Source of the DNA: Patescibacteria group bacterium
Lineage (GTDB): Bacteria > Patescibacteriota > Minisyncoccia > Phycocordibacterales > UBA1550
NCBI GenBank assembly: GCA_038063615.1
Contig: JBBTUT010000003.1
Location: 1,352-65,351 of the forward strand
Direction of reading: 5' to 3'
DNA length: 64,000 nucleotides
Shown here: positions 39,204-48,689 of the stretch, one piece after another
Layout of the letters: each line of letters begins with the position of its first letter
How positions within the stretch are numbered: the stretch's first letter is position 1
Notes under the pieces: generated by a model
What the model was told of the DNA's origin: nothing
The model's input: only the letters and a program-made list of their open reading frames with translations
Databases searched by the model: none
Translations under genes and position numbers: made by a program

Positions 39204-39434
39204 ACTCTGTTGATGTGGAGGTGTGTGGGTAATTACTCGAAAAAAGCTTGACAGTTTGTTCGTGGTGGGATACTCTGTGGGTAGACGGTAGTGGATGCTT
39301 TGAGGTGGGCTCGAGGTGGCGCTAGTGTACTTTAAAAAGAAAGGAGGTGATGAAAAATTGATATTGATTGGGAGGTTCGACTCGAGATTGGCTTGAGACG
39401 ACTCCAAAGAGCTCTTTAAAAAAGGAGATTTGCC
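39204..39434 (+). promoter_or_regulatory. Sigma-70 promoter plus tandem-module leader (copy 2)
   Basis: TTGACA(39248)-17-TACTCT(39271); same two modules as copy 1. Confidence 0.8.
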
Positions 39435-39623
39435 ATGAAAAAGAGTAAGAACACTCGTGTGAGCAAGAATGAGCGTGGTGATAAAGTTATCACTCTGTGT
39501 GGGGTCAGTAACTGTTGCCCTACGGTGACGATTGATAGGGGAGGCAACCATGTCATCAAAGATGACTTCGGAGGTTCAGTCGTACTATCTAAAGAGCAGT
39601 TCGGGATGCTCAAAGAGGTTTAA
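39435..39623 (+). CDS. Small Cys-containing protein (possibly divergent DUF397-like)
   Basis: SD AAGGAG; begins MKKSKN like the 37968 ORF; LCGVSNCCPTV..IKDD..LSKEQF. Confidence 0.7.
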   Translation: MKKSKNTRVSKNERGDKVITLCGVSNCCPTVTIDRGGNHVIKDDFGGSVVLSKEQFGMLKEV

Positions 39624-39680
39624 CCGTAGTTCCACTGCATCAAGACGCCTCAAGCTTTACTGTGCGAGGCGTCTATTTTT

Positions 39681-40682
39681 ATGAAAAAACAACATACAGA
39701 ACTTTTATTTGTTCAGATTACCCCTGAGTGTAATATGGGTTGTCGATATTGTCCTTTTTCTAACCAAAATAATCTTATAAATAGACAAAATAATTTTAGT
39801 GCGCAGATCAATTCAATCAAAAACACTTTTGACTCAAAATCTTTCACAGAGAGTTCTTTCGGTGAGTTAATTGTATATGGAGGAGAGGCGCTTCTTTACT
39901 TTGACCAAGTTAAAAGAATAATTAATGAATATAAAAATTTCCGACATTACGGAAAAATAACAGTATGCACTAACGGCATTCTTATTAATCAAGATGTCAT
40001 TACCTATTGTAAAACCAACAAGATAAATGTGACTATAAATATGGATGGGGATTTTAATTTAGTCGCAAGTAATAAATTTTTTTCTAAAACAGATTGGGCT
40101 AAACTCACTGGTAATATAAAAGGACTTCATTCAGAGGGAATACCATATGATTTCTCTACGACCATTACACCTCACTTTATTGAAAATTTTAATTCACAAG
40201 TAAAATTTTTAGAATCTTTGCACCCGAGAATGATAGGTTTTAATTTTTTGAGGGATACTCAAGCACAAAAAGAATTTGGAATAAGCAACCCTGATAATTA
40301 TTTGCAAGATGCTACTTCTTTGGTGTTTAAATATAACTCAGTTGTGAATTTTAATCGAAATAAAAAACTGAGAGCTTTTAAAGAGAAAAAACAGATTTCT
40401 GATTGTATATGTTCTGGGATGGGTATAACTATCCTCGCAACCGGTGAATATACGACATGCGGAATATTTCCATCTCAAAGATGCAGGACATCAAGAGAGG
40501 TAATCAGCATCATGAAGGAAAATTATAAAAAATTATTTTTAGACATAGAACTAGGACAAAACATAAAAGACTTACCAACTTTTGGAGGAGGTTGTTCAAA
40601 GCTCTTGCGAGAGGACAATAAAAGATTTTCTTATTATAATGCTTGGGTAAGTTTTGAACAGTTTAATTATGAAAAATTATAA
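39681..40682 (+). CDS. Radical SAM protein with partial SPASM/twitch region
   Basis: CNMGCRYC, YGGEAL, CTNG; C-terminal CICSG..GEYTTC..GGGC. Confidence 0.9.
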   Translation: MKKQHTELLFVQITPECNMGCRYCPFSNQNNLINRQNNFSAQINSIKNTFDSKSFTESSFGELIVYGGEALLYFDQVKRIINEYKNFRHYGKITVCTNGILINQDVITYCKTNKINVTINMDGDFNLVASNKFFSKTDWAKLTGNIKGLHSEGIPYDFSTTITPHFIENFNSQVKFLESLHPRMIGFNFLRDTQAQKEFGISNPDNYLQDATSLVFKYNSVVNFNRNKKLRAFKEKKQISDCICSGMGITILATGEYTTCGIFPSQRCRTSREVISIMKENYKKLFLDIELGQNIKDLPTFGGGCSKLLREDNKRFSYYNAWVSFEQFNYEKL

Positions 40683-41457
40683 AATAGGGGTTATTGGCGG
40701 CTCTGGGATATACACTCTGCAAGACTATAAGTTTTTTGCAGGTAATTTTGACAATGAGTACAAAGATAGTGAGTTGGGAATAGAAAAATATAAATTTAGT
40801 AATTGTGAAATATATTTTTTATCTAGACATGGCAAAAATCATATGATCCTACCTCACGAGATAGATTATTTGACCAATATTAAGGCATTTGATGATTTGA
40901 AAGTTGATTGCATCATATCTTTTTGCACTGTTGGTTCATTAGATTCTAATTTCCAGCCCGGCTTGTATGTTACCCCAAAAGATATCATTGATTTTACCTA
41001 CAACAGGAAAGGATGGAACTACACCAAAGAAAACAAGCATGTTGATATACAGCCAGTTTTTGGCGAGGATTTAATGAGAGTTTGTAAGCAACTGTTTAAT
41101 AATATTAATGTTCCATTGAATAATGAGGGAACACTTGTTGTAATTGAAGGACCAAGGTTTGCTACTCTGGCAGAGCAAAATATGTACAAAATATTCGGTG
41201 GTAGTTTTTTGAATATGACCCAAGCGCAAGAAATTTATTTGTCGCATGTTTTCCAAATCCCATTTATTTCTCTGTGCCACATAACCGACCTGACCTCAAT
41301 CGTAAATAAAAACTATGACCTAACTTCAAGTGATGCGATATCGGTATTCAAAAGCAATTACAGTAAAGTGGAGAGGATATTGAGCGCGCTGGTCAAATAT
41401 TTAAGTGAAAATAAACCAGAAATAAAGTATCATAGTGATAAGCAAACTTTCGTGTAA
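40669..41457 (+). CDS. MTAP-family purine nucleoside phosphorylase
   Basis: IGVIGGSG, LSRHG..H..PH, EGPRFAT.AE, NMT. Confidence 0.9.
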   Translation: MKNYKIGVIGGSGIYTLQDYKFFAGNFDNEYKDSELGIEKYKFSNCEIYFLSRHGKNHMILPHEIDYLTNIKAFDDLKVDCIISFCTVGSLDSNFQPGLYVTPKDIIDFTYNRKGWNYTKENKHVDIQPVFGEDLMRVCKQLFNNINVPLNNEGTLVVIEGPRFATLAEQNMYKIFGGSFLNMTQAQEIYLSHVFQIPFISLCHITDLTSIVNKNYDLTSSDAISVFKSNYSKVERILSALVKYLSENKPEIKYHSDKQTFV

Positions 41458-41550
41458 CTGCTTGCTATTTTTTACAATATGTTGTACTCTATCCTGAGGA
41501 TAAGTACCTTAACAATGGTATAATAAATTAGCAACAAAAGGAGGCCGATT

Positions 41551-43227
41551 ATGATAAAAGTACAAAATCTTCAGAAAAGCTACGGTTCATTAACAGTGCT
41601 CTCCGATATTTCTTTTTCACTTGGAAGAGGACAGAAGGTGGCATTGGTTGGACTCAATGGAACCGGGAAAACAACTCTGCTTAAAATTGTGGCCGGTCTT
41701 GAGGAGCAGGATGCTGGAAAGATCGACCTTGCAACGGATGCCTGTATCGGTTATCTACCTCAAGATACGGGCCTTTCGGGGAACGAACCCATTATGGACT
41801 ATCTGAGGAAAGTGTCTGGCATTGATGTGCTCGAGAAAGAAATAGGAATTTTGTCTTCTGAGCTGGGTGACCCTGAAAAGGTCAAGCGTTACGGTGATGT
41901 TCGCAGTAAATATGAGCATCTCGACGGTTACTCTTTTGCTCACAGAGCAGAAGTGATGCTTTCAGGATTCGGGCTTGAAGATGTTGGGCTTGACCGCCCA
42001 CTGTCTAATCTGAGCAGTGGGCAGAAAAGCAAAGTGGTACTTGCGGGTATTTTGCTTAAGGGTGTTGATTTGCTTTTGCTTGATGAGCCTACGAACAACC
42101 TCGATCTCCCTGCTCTCATTTGGCTCGAGGATTTTCTGCAAAAATCCAAGGCATCATGCATCGTTGTTTCGCATGACCGCAGATTTCTCGACAAAGTTGT
42201 AAGAAAGATCTTCGAAATTGATTGGCGTACACGCGCACTTACCATCACTGGAGGCACATATAGTGATTATCTGGAAATGGTGGCAAAGCGTGTTGCATGT
42301 CAAAAGGAAGAGTACCGGCTTCAACAGGAGGAAATCGAGCGTCTGAACGAACGGGCGCGCGAAAAGAAGGCGGATGCTACTCGAGGATCACACTGGTCTC
42401 CACGCGACAATGACAAGTTTTTAAAGGGGTTTAAGCGTGATCGTGCTACGAAGTCTTCGAAGGCGGCAAAGGCTATTGAAAAGCGGGTAGAACAAATGGA
42501 TAAGATTGAAAAGCCAATAGAAAGAAAGCCGTTTGAGATACCTCTCAATGCTGAAGTTGATTCTGGTACGCTTGATGTTCGTCTCTCAGATGTTGTGATT
42601 GAATACCCAAACACTTTCCGTATTGGCCCACTGTCTTTTGAGGCACGCTATGGTAGCAGGGTCGGCATAATGGGTCTAAACGGATCAGGAAAATCGACAT
42701 TGCTAAAGACCATAACTGGACAGATGGCGCCTACTCACGGGAAAATTGAGGTTGGTTCTGGTCTCAGGATTGGCAATATGATGCAGGAGCACGAAACGCT
42801 TCCTCGCGAACGCACATTGCTTGAGTTTCTTGAAGAACGGGCACATCTAAGCAAGCAGGATTCATATGCCAAACTGTCAAAGTTTGGGTTCGATGAAAGA
42901 CAGGTCAAGTTGCCTATCAGCACCTTAAGTCCGGGTGGGCGCGCGCGCCTCCTGCTAGCTTTATTCTCAGCCCAGTCGGTCAATATGCTTGTTTTGGATG
43001 AGCCAACAAACCATCTCGATATCGAAGCACTGAATGCCCTTGAAGAAACACTGAGAACTTATCGTGGCACGGTACTGCTCGTCTCTCATGACAGATATTT
43101 CATCGAAAAAGCTTCGCTGGATACAACTTATGTTTTGTCTGACGGAGCTCTGACAAAGATTCCTGATTTTAAGACTTATGTTAAAACAGCAGAAGAGAAA
43201 GCACGAAAGTTGCTTAAACTGTTATGA
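41551..43227 (+). CDS. ABC-F family ATPase (ribosome-associated)
   Basis: Two NBDs (GLNGTGKT, GLNGSGKS), LDEPTN twice, long inter-domain linker, no TM. Confidence 0.93.
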   Translation: MIKVQNLQKSYGSLTVLSDISFSLGRGQKVALVGLNGTGKTTLLKIVAGLEEQDAGKIDLATDACIGYLPQDTGLSGNEPIMDYLRKVSGIDVLEKEIGILSSELGDPEKVKRYGDVRSKYEHLDGYSFAHRAEVMLSGFGLEDVGLDRPLSNLSSGQKSKVVLAGILLKGVDLLLLDEPTNNLDLPALIWLEDFLQKSKASCIVVSHDRRFLDKVVRKIFEIDWRTRALTITGGTYSDYLEMVAKRVACQKEEYRLQQEEIERLNERAREKKADATRGSHWSPRDNDKFLKGFKRDRATKSSKAAKAIEKRVEQMDKIEKPIERKPFEIPLNAEVDSGTLDVRLSDVVIEYPNTFRIGPLSFEARYGSRVGIMGLNGSGKSTLLKTITGQMAPTHGKIEVGSGLRIGNMMQEHETLPRERTLLEFLEERAHLSKQDSYAKLSKFGFDERQVKLPISTLSPGGRARLLLALFSAQSVNMLVLDEPTNHLDIEALNALEETLRTYRGTVLLVSHDRYFIEKASLDTTYVLSDGALTKIPDFKTYVKTAEEKARKLLKLL

Positions 43228-43229
43228 GC

Positions 43230-43272
43230 ATAGAACCCAACAAGCATAAAAGCTTGTTGGGTTCTATTTATT
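43230..43272 (+). terminator. Intrinsic terminator
   Basis: ATAGAACCCAACAAGC..GCTTGTTGGGTTCTAT hairpin then T-rich run. Confidence 0.75.
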
Positions 43273-43414
43273 TCGGCATGGATTTTAGTATGCCGATGTA
43301 TTCAATGCAAAATTTCTTTCATTTTTCGCATCGGGCGTGGTATAATTGAAATGTAAAAGTTCGTACAAATACTGATTCGAGCGTTGGGTATGAGAAAAAT
43401 AGTTTGTTTTTAAA

Positions 43415-44182
43415 ATGATAAAATTAACTTTTATTGGAAGTGGCTGTTGGCAGGGTATTCCAGCGCCTTTTGGTGCGGATAAAATTAGCCAGAATGTAGA
43501 ATGGGGTTCAAAAGATTTTCGCTTTAGGACATCTCTCCATATTGAAACTGAAAATGGGAAAAGTATTGTAGTTGAGGCAACACCTGATATTAGGTTGCAA
43601 TCATGGAAGTTTAAGTTAGGAAAACCTGATGCTATTCTTGTTTCTCATTGGCACTGGAATCATTTATTTGGGTTGCTCGATTTAGATTGGTTTGCTAAAA
43701 AGAACCCACTTATTGTCTATGGGAATAGTGTGACGAAAGAGTGGTACGAAGAAAGGATGAATCATGTGAATGTTAATTTTCAAACATTTAAGTCGTATGA
43801 GCCGTTTGAAATTGATAATCTTAGGATTACTCCTGTTGCCGTTGAACATGTCAGCGGTACAGATGGGTTTCTGTTTGAAGATTTAAATAGTGGCAAAAGA
43901 TTTGCGTATCTTTCTGATTTAAGTGGGATACCCGATGATACCGTTGGAATGATTAGAGATATTGATTTAATCATCACCGATGTCACATACATTGAATCAG
44001 ATATAAATGATGACCCTACTCATTTAAAGAAGGATCAAATTATTCCGTTTCTCAAGAATCTCAAAGCAAAGGAAATAGTTCTAGTAAACATAGGGTCGTA
44101 TCAAAAGCTTACGCACGATGACCTCGAACAAAAATTTCCTCAATATGCTATTGCGTATGACGGAATGGAGCGATGGTTTTAA
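43415..44182 (+). CDS. Metallo-beta-lactamase-fold hydrolase (PhnP-like)
   Basis: FIGSG..GIP, SHWHWNH (HxHxDH variant), YLSD, PTH. Confidence 0.85.
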   Translation: MIKLTFIGSGCWQGIPAPFGADKISQNVEWGSKDFRFRTSLHIETENGKSIVVEATPDIRLQSWKFKLGKPDAILVSHWHWNHLFGLLDLDWFAKKNPLIVYGNSVTKEWYEERMNHVNVNFQTFKSYEPFEIDNLRITPVAVEHVSGTDGFLFEDLNSGKRFAYLSDLSGIPDDTVGMIRDIDLIITDVTYIESDINDDPTHLKKDQIIPFLKNLKAKEIVLVNIGSYQKLTHDDLEQKFPQYAIAYDGMERWF

Positions 44183-44221
44183 TAGCTATCTAAAAAAGAA
44201 ATTAATATTAAACTATATATT

Positions 44222-45343
44222 ATGAAGTTAAAATCAAATCTCATAGACCAGTTGGACAAGGCAGACAGCCTATTTAAAAACGAAATAATATCCGAATTTG
44301 GAATTCCTGTTTATAATCCAGAATCTCATTATTTGGAGCTAACAAAATCAAAGTATTATTGGGCGTTACTTACCCTCCGCCATTGCCTCAAGGTCTCATC
44401 TGACCAGTACTTTAGTGTTGATGTTGGGGCTACTAACATAGATTTATTTATGATGACACCAAGTGTTTCTTCTCCAATGGGACCAGGTTCTGATTCTGAG
44501 GCAATACCGATAAAGTTTGGGAACCTGGTTACTTTTCTTGTTGATTCGTCCCAGTTTGGTTTTGAGCCACTACTAATTAATAATTTTGATAAAGTATATT
44601 GCTACCTCCCTTCAATGCGTGGTGAAGATCACGACAAGAGGCATCTTAATCAATTTTATCATTGTGAAGCAGAAATAAGAGGAGAATTAGGTGATTTAAC
44701 CCCAATCATAGAAAAATATATTAAGATTTTGGCCGAGACATTAAAAGCTTTGCCAAATCTAACTGAAAAAATTAGTGCTAATATGTCCGCCACAAATAGT
44801 GCAATAGAAGCTATAATATCGGCTGATAAATTCCCTGTGATTACTTTTGACGAAGCGATTGTGTTGTTGGAAGAAAACGGGCATCAGTCACTTGTCAATT
44901 ATTCCGAACATGGGCGGGACATTACTTCTTATGGGGAAATTATTTTATCAAAGATGTTAGGATTTAAAACACCTTTTTGGGTGCACGGCTATGATCGTGG
45001 CAGAGTTGCTTTTTATCAAAAGCCAGACCCTAATAACCTTGACAAGGTTATTAATGCTGACTTAATCTTCCCACCACTTTTTGAAGGGGCATTTGGTGGG
45101 GAAATTGTTGGATGCGGACAGAGACAGGACAATAAAAGTGAGATACTTGAGTCATTGAGAATTCAAAATATATCATCTGAGCCATACGAATGGTATATAA
45201 ATTTGAGAGAGTTACCAGAGTACAAAACCACTTCCGGTTTTGGGCTTGGCATAGAAAGATTTATAACATGGGCACTCGGTCATGATGATATTAGAAATTC
45301 TATTCCGTACCCTCGTCTGAAGAATGTACTAACCTTACCATAA
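44222..45343 (+). CDS. AsnRS-like class II aaRS catalytic domain without anticodon domain (asparagine synthetase-like)
   Basis: LVDSSQF, SMRGE..RHLNQFYHCEAE (motif 2), EIVGCGQR, GFGLGIER (motif 3); no N-terminal OB fold. Confidence 0.85.
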   Translation: MKLKSNLIDQLDKADSLFKNEIISEFGIPVYNPESHYLELTKSKYYWALLTLRHCLKVSSDQYFSVDVGATNIDLFMMTPSVSSPMGPGSDSEAIPIKFGNLVTFLVDSSQFGFEPLLINNFDKVYCYLPSMRGEDHDKRHLNQFYHCEAEIRGELGDLTPIIEKYIKILAETLKALPNLTEKISANMSATNSAIEAIISADKFPVITFDEAIVLLEENGHQSLVNYSEHGRDITSYGEIILSKMLGFKTPFWVHGYDRGRVAFYQKPDPNNLDKVINADLIFPPLFEGAFGGEIVGCGQRQDNKSEILESLRIQNISSEPYEWYINLRELPEYKTTSGFGLGIERFITWALGHDDIRNSIPYPRLKNVLTLP

Positions 45344-45347
45344 AAAT

Positions 45348-46208
45348 ATGAAAAATATGCCAAACTACTACAATAAAGTTACTGAATATTTTAACGAGAA
45401 AGCATCTAGTTATGATGAAGTTGACAACCAAAAATATTGGGTGTTGTCCGATATGTTCTTTAAAGAAATTCTACGAAGAGAACTCCCGGCACTTATTGGG
45501 GACAAAAAACATATCAACCTTTTAGATGCTGGAGCTGGCACTGGTCGCTGGACAATTTTTTTTGATGAAATATTTAAAGATCAATATGATATAACAGGCA
45601 CCCTTGTAGATATTTCAAGTAAAATGCTTGATGAGGCATCTAAAAAATTAAAGGCAAGTGGCGCAGACACCCGCTTTAAGATTAAGAACACTAATATTGA
45701 AAATCTCGAAGATTTCCCCAATAAGAATTTTGATTTAAGTTTATCTTTCTATAATGTCATAAGCTTCGTGGAAGATCCTAAACGGGCACTTACTGAAATA
45801 CATCGAGTTTTGAGTGATGATGGTGTGCACATAAGTATTGTAGCTAATAAATATCATGCATACTACTTTTCGTTCCTTACTAACCGGCTCTCATCAATAG
45901 ATTCAATAAAAAAAGACTCGAAGGTTCGTTTCAATGACCTCATGCCGGCTATCCACTGCTTTACCCCAGAAGAACTAAAAGATCTTTATCTCTCGGCTGG
46001 TTTTAAAACCTGTAGGGTTATTGGTGGCCCAAATTTTATTTATCCTGGAATGGAAGAAACTTATGTGCACGGCAGCACCCCCTCATTGCAAGAGAAGCTT
46101 GCTGAGGCTGATAATTTCCAAAAAATACTAGAAGCCGAACTTGAGTACTACAACATGCCTGATATTGTGGGAAGAGGGAATGTATTACTCGCAATTGCCA
46201 CTAAATAG
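45348..46208 (+). CDS. Class I SAM-dependent methyltransferase
   Basis: LLDAGAGTG, VDISSKML, FDLSL. Confidence 0.92.
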   Translation: MKNMPNYYNKVTEYFNEKASSYDEVDNQKYWVLSDMFFKEILRRELPALIGDKKHINLLDAGAGTGRWTIFFDEIFKDQYDITGTLVDISSKMLDEASKKLKASGADTRFKIKNTNIENLEDFPNKNFDLSLSFYNVISFVEDPKRALTEIHRVLSDDGVHISIVANKYHAYYFSFLTNRLSSIDSIKKDSKVRFNDLMPAIHCFTPEELKDLYLSAGFKTCRVIGGPNFIYPGMEETYVHGSTPSLQEKLAEADNFQKILEAELEYYNMPDIVGRGNVLLAIATK

Positions 46209-46218
46209 AAACATTCTT

Positions 46219-47259
46219 ATGTCTACTCTCTCACTAAAACCACACTATTTGGAAAAAGGGGATACCGTCGGGCTAATAAGCCCAGCTGCCCCCCTTGCTG
46301 GGTTGGTGCCTCACCGTACTGACCAAGGAATCAAAATGTTGGAAGAGCTTGGTTTTAAGATAAAAATTGGATTGAACGCTATGAATATAACTGGCTATAC
46401 TGCTGGCACTGCAGAAGAAAGGGCGTCAGATATAAATAACTTTTTTGCTGACCCAGAAGTAAAAGGAATTGTTTCTTTTATAGGGGGGAATCATTCGAAT
46501 CAAATTTTAGAATATCTTGATTTTGATATTATTAAAAAAAACCCGAAAGTATTTATTGGGTACTCTGATATTACTGTTCTGCATTTAGCCATATATGCAA
46601 TGACTGAGCTAACTACTTTTTATGGTCCAGCAGTTTTGACACAGTTTGCTGAAAATCCTGCAATAATGGAATATACAAAAAAATATTTTTTGAAAGCAGT
46701 TACACAAAAAAGTCCAATTGGCGTGATCGAGCAATCAGTAGAGTGGACAGATGAAACTCTAAATTGGTTCACAAAAGAAGATTTGCAAGGAGCACGCCAG
46801 ATGAAGCTTAATTCCGGATGGAGATGGCTTAAGAGTGGTACGGCTCAGGGGAAATTACTCGGTGGGTGTCTTGCCTCAATGATGCATCTTCGTGGAACAA
46901 AGTATTGGCCAGATTTTGAAAAGGCAATTTTATTTTGGGAAATCTCCGAGGGTGAGGCAGATTTTCGTTTAGGAGAGAGTGTGTCAACAATAGATGCGCA
47001 TTTAACCGATTTGGAGTTGTCTGGCGTCTTCACCTCTATTCAGGGAATGATAGTCGGTCGTCCTTTTGGATATGACTCAGGCCAAGAACAAAAATTAATA
47101 GAAAAAATTTTAGAGAGAACAAAAAAGTATTCATTCCCAATTCTTTATGGTGTTGATATCGGACACACAGACCCGATGATCACTCTTCCTATTGGGGTAA
47201 AAGTAATGATTAATTCAGACAAGAATATTTTTGAAATTTTAGAGAGTGGCGTAATGTAG
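46219..47259 (+). CDS. S66 peptidase (LD-carboxypeptidase / microcin C resistance MccF family)
   Basis: GDTVGLISPA, IGGNHS, FIGYSDIT, LFWE, DIGHTDP. Confidence 0.92.
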   Translation: MSTLSLKPHYLEKGDTVGLISPAAPLAGLVPHRTDQGIKMLEELGFKIKIGLNAMNITGYTAGTAEERASDINNFFADPEVKGIVSFIGGNHSNQILEYLDFDIIKKNPKVFIGYSDITVLHLAIYAMTELTTFYGPAVLTQFAENPAIMEYTKKYFLKAVTQKSPIGVIEQSVEWTDETLNWFTKEDLQGARQMKLNSGWRWLKSGTAQGKLLGGCLASMMHLRGTKYWPDFEKAILFWEISEGEADFRLGESVSTIDAHLTDLELSGVFTSIQGMIVGRPFGYDSGQEQKLIEKILERTKKYSFPILYGVDIGHTDPMITLPIGVKVMINSDKNIFEILESGVM

Positions 47260-47290
47260 AACCTCATGGTTGAATGTACCACCGGGGCAC

Positions 47291-47319
47291 TTGACAAATT
47301 ACAAGAACTAATATACATT
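47291..47319 (+). promoter_or_regulatory. Sigma-70 promoter of the LysRS pair
   Basis: TTGACA-17-TACATT; SD AAGGAGG before the ATG at 47380. Confidence 0.65.
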
Positions 47320-47379
47320 GTTGCTAGTTTAGTTTTTTGAAATTTCACAAAGGAAACAAACAAATAAGGAGGTGCTAAG

Positions 47380-48675
47380 ATGACACATACAATGTTTGTC
47401 CAGGCGCATTTGGGTGCTGAGTTTTCCGGGATGGCTAGAGTTTTATCCAAGAGGCATATCGGCAAGATTTTATTTTGTGGGGCACGCCTTTTGGAAGAAA
47501 ACATTCAGTTAGTATTTAGAGAGGAACACCTCGCAAACTATCGACACATCGTTAGTCTGCCGAGAGGGAGTTTGCTCAAGGTCTCTGGGAATAAAATACA
47601 TACTCGGAGCGGCACACCATCACTGGAAATAACTTCCGCAGACATTATCCATATCGTCAAAGAAAACTTACCAGATAAACAAAATTGCCTGAGTAGGTCG
47701 CTTCGATATCGTCGCCGAACGATTGATCTTATGACGAACGACACATCTTTCGTCTTTTTTAGGAGGCAATCAGAGGTCTTGATGATAATAAGGAAGTTTC
47801 TTTATGATTTGGGGTATCATGAGTTCATTACTGGCACATTGCAGGAAGTGTTTGAAGGTGGACAGTCTGTGTCTTTCGACACATACTGCAAGGCGACTGG
47901 TAAAAATGTTACTCTTAGCTTAACAAGTGAACTGAAGCTTAGGCGGTTGCTTGTCTCTGGGTTTGATCGTGTGTTTGAGATTGCTCAATCATTTCGAAAT
48001 GAAGGTTCTGACAAACTACATTCTCCTGAGTTTACTCTTTTGGAAATGTATGCTCGCAGTTCTGGACATTTAGAAATGATGGAATTGCTTGAGTCAATGG
48101 TTTCAGAAATTGCTGGGAAAATACAAGATGATTCCGATGTCCTGTTTACTCCAGAAAGATACCGTGCTCCGTTTCAGCGTATTCTTTTTCGAGAGGTATT
48201 CGAAAATCATTTTGGTGATTTTAGCAGATTTAACATTCAGTATTTCTCAGAATTAATGCCAGAGATGTTCAATGTGGCAATGTCTCATTTCACTTGGACA
48301 ATGAAGCTCATTGAAAAAGTGATTCTTCCAACTATTCGTGGACCAGCATTTCTTGTTGAGTTACCAGTTGGAATGTCTCCATTCGTTAAAAATTCAAGCG
48401 ATGGTGTAACCACACAGAGAGCATTCTTTGTCGCTGATGGATTATTTGTCGCCGATATTTATTCTGACGAGAATAATCCAGACATAATACAAAAGAATCT
48501 CGAACAGCAATCAATGGCGGTTGGGAATGTCTTAAATAAAGATTATGTTGAGATATTATCGCTTGGGCTTGGCGAGTCAGCCGGTCTAGGCATGGGCTTA
48601 AATCGTTTATCGATGCTCTTTTTGGGCACTTTGCCTCGCGATATTAAAGAAACTATATTGTACCCAATTCTCTAA
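47380..48675 (+). CDS. Divergent class II lysyl-tRNA synthetase-like protein
   Basis: RYRRRTIDL, FRNEG..HSPEFTLLEMY, GLGMGLNRL; several LysRS motifs altered. Confidence 0.85.
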   Translation: MTHTMFVQAHLGAEFSGMARVLSKRHIGKILFCGARLLEENIQLVFREEHLANYRHIVSLPRGSLLKVSGNKIHTRSGTPSLEITSADIIHIVKENLPDKQNCLSRSLRYRRRTIDLMTNDTSFVFFRRQSEVLMIIRKFLYDLGYHEFITGTLQEVFEGGQSVSFDTYCKATGKNVTLSLTSELKLRRLLVSGFDRVFEIAQSFRNEGSDKLHSPEFTLLEMYARSSGHLEMMELLESMVSEIAGKIQDDSDVLFTPERYRAPFQRILFREVFENHFGDFSRFNIQYFSELMPEMFNVAMSHFTWTMKLIEKVILPTIRGPAFLVELPVGMSPFVKNSSDGVTTQRAFFVADGLFVADIYSDENNPDIIQKNLEQQSMAVGNVLNKDYVEILSLGLGESAGLGMGLNRLSMLFLGTLPRDIKETILYPIL

Positions 48676-48689
48676 AAAGGAGGTCTATC

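Noticed and set aside
39044-39232. 62-aa ORF after the left 54-bp repeat
   Set aside because: TTG start, no SD and no motif; may be a gene remnant but cannot be supported.
47260-47379. T-box or lysine riboswitch upstream of the LysRS pair
   Set aside because: Leader from promoter to ATG is only about 55 nt and lacks T-box or L-box consensus.
47380-48675. Call as EF-P lysyltransferase EpmA/GenX
   Set aside because: Longer, retains an N-terminal OB-like region, lacks EpmA's LxTSPE signature, and no efp or epmB nearby.
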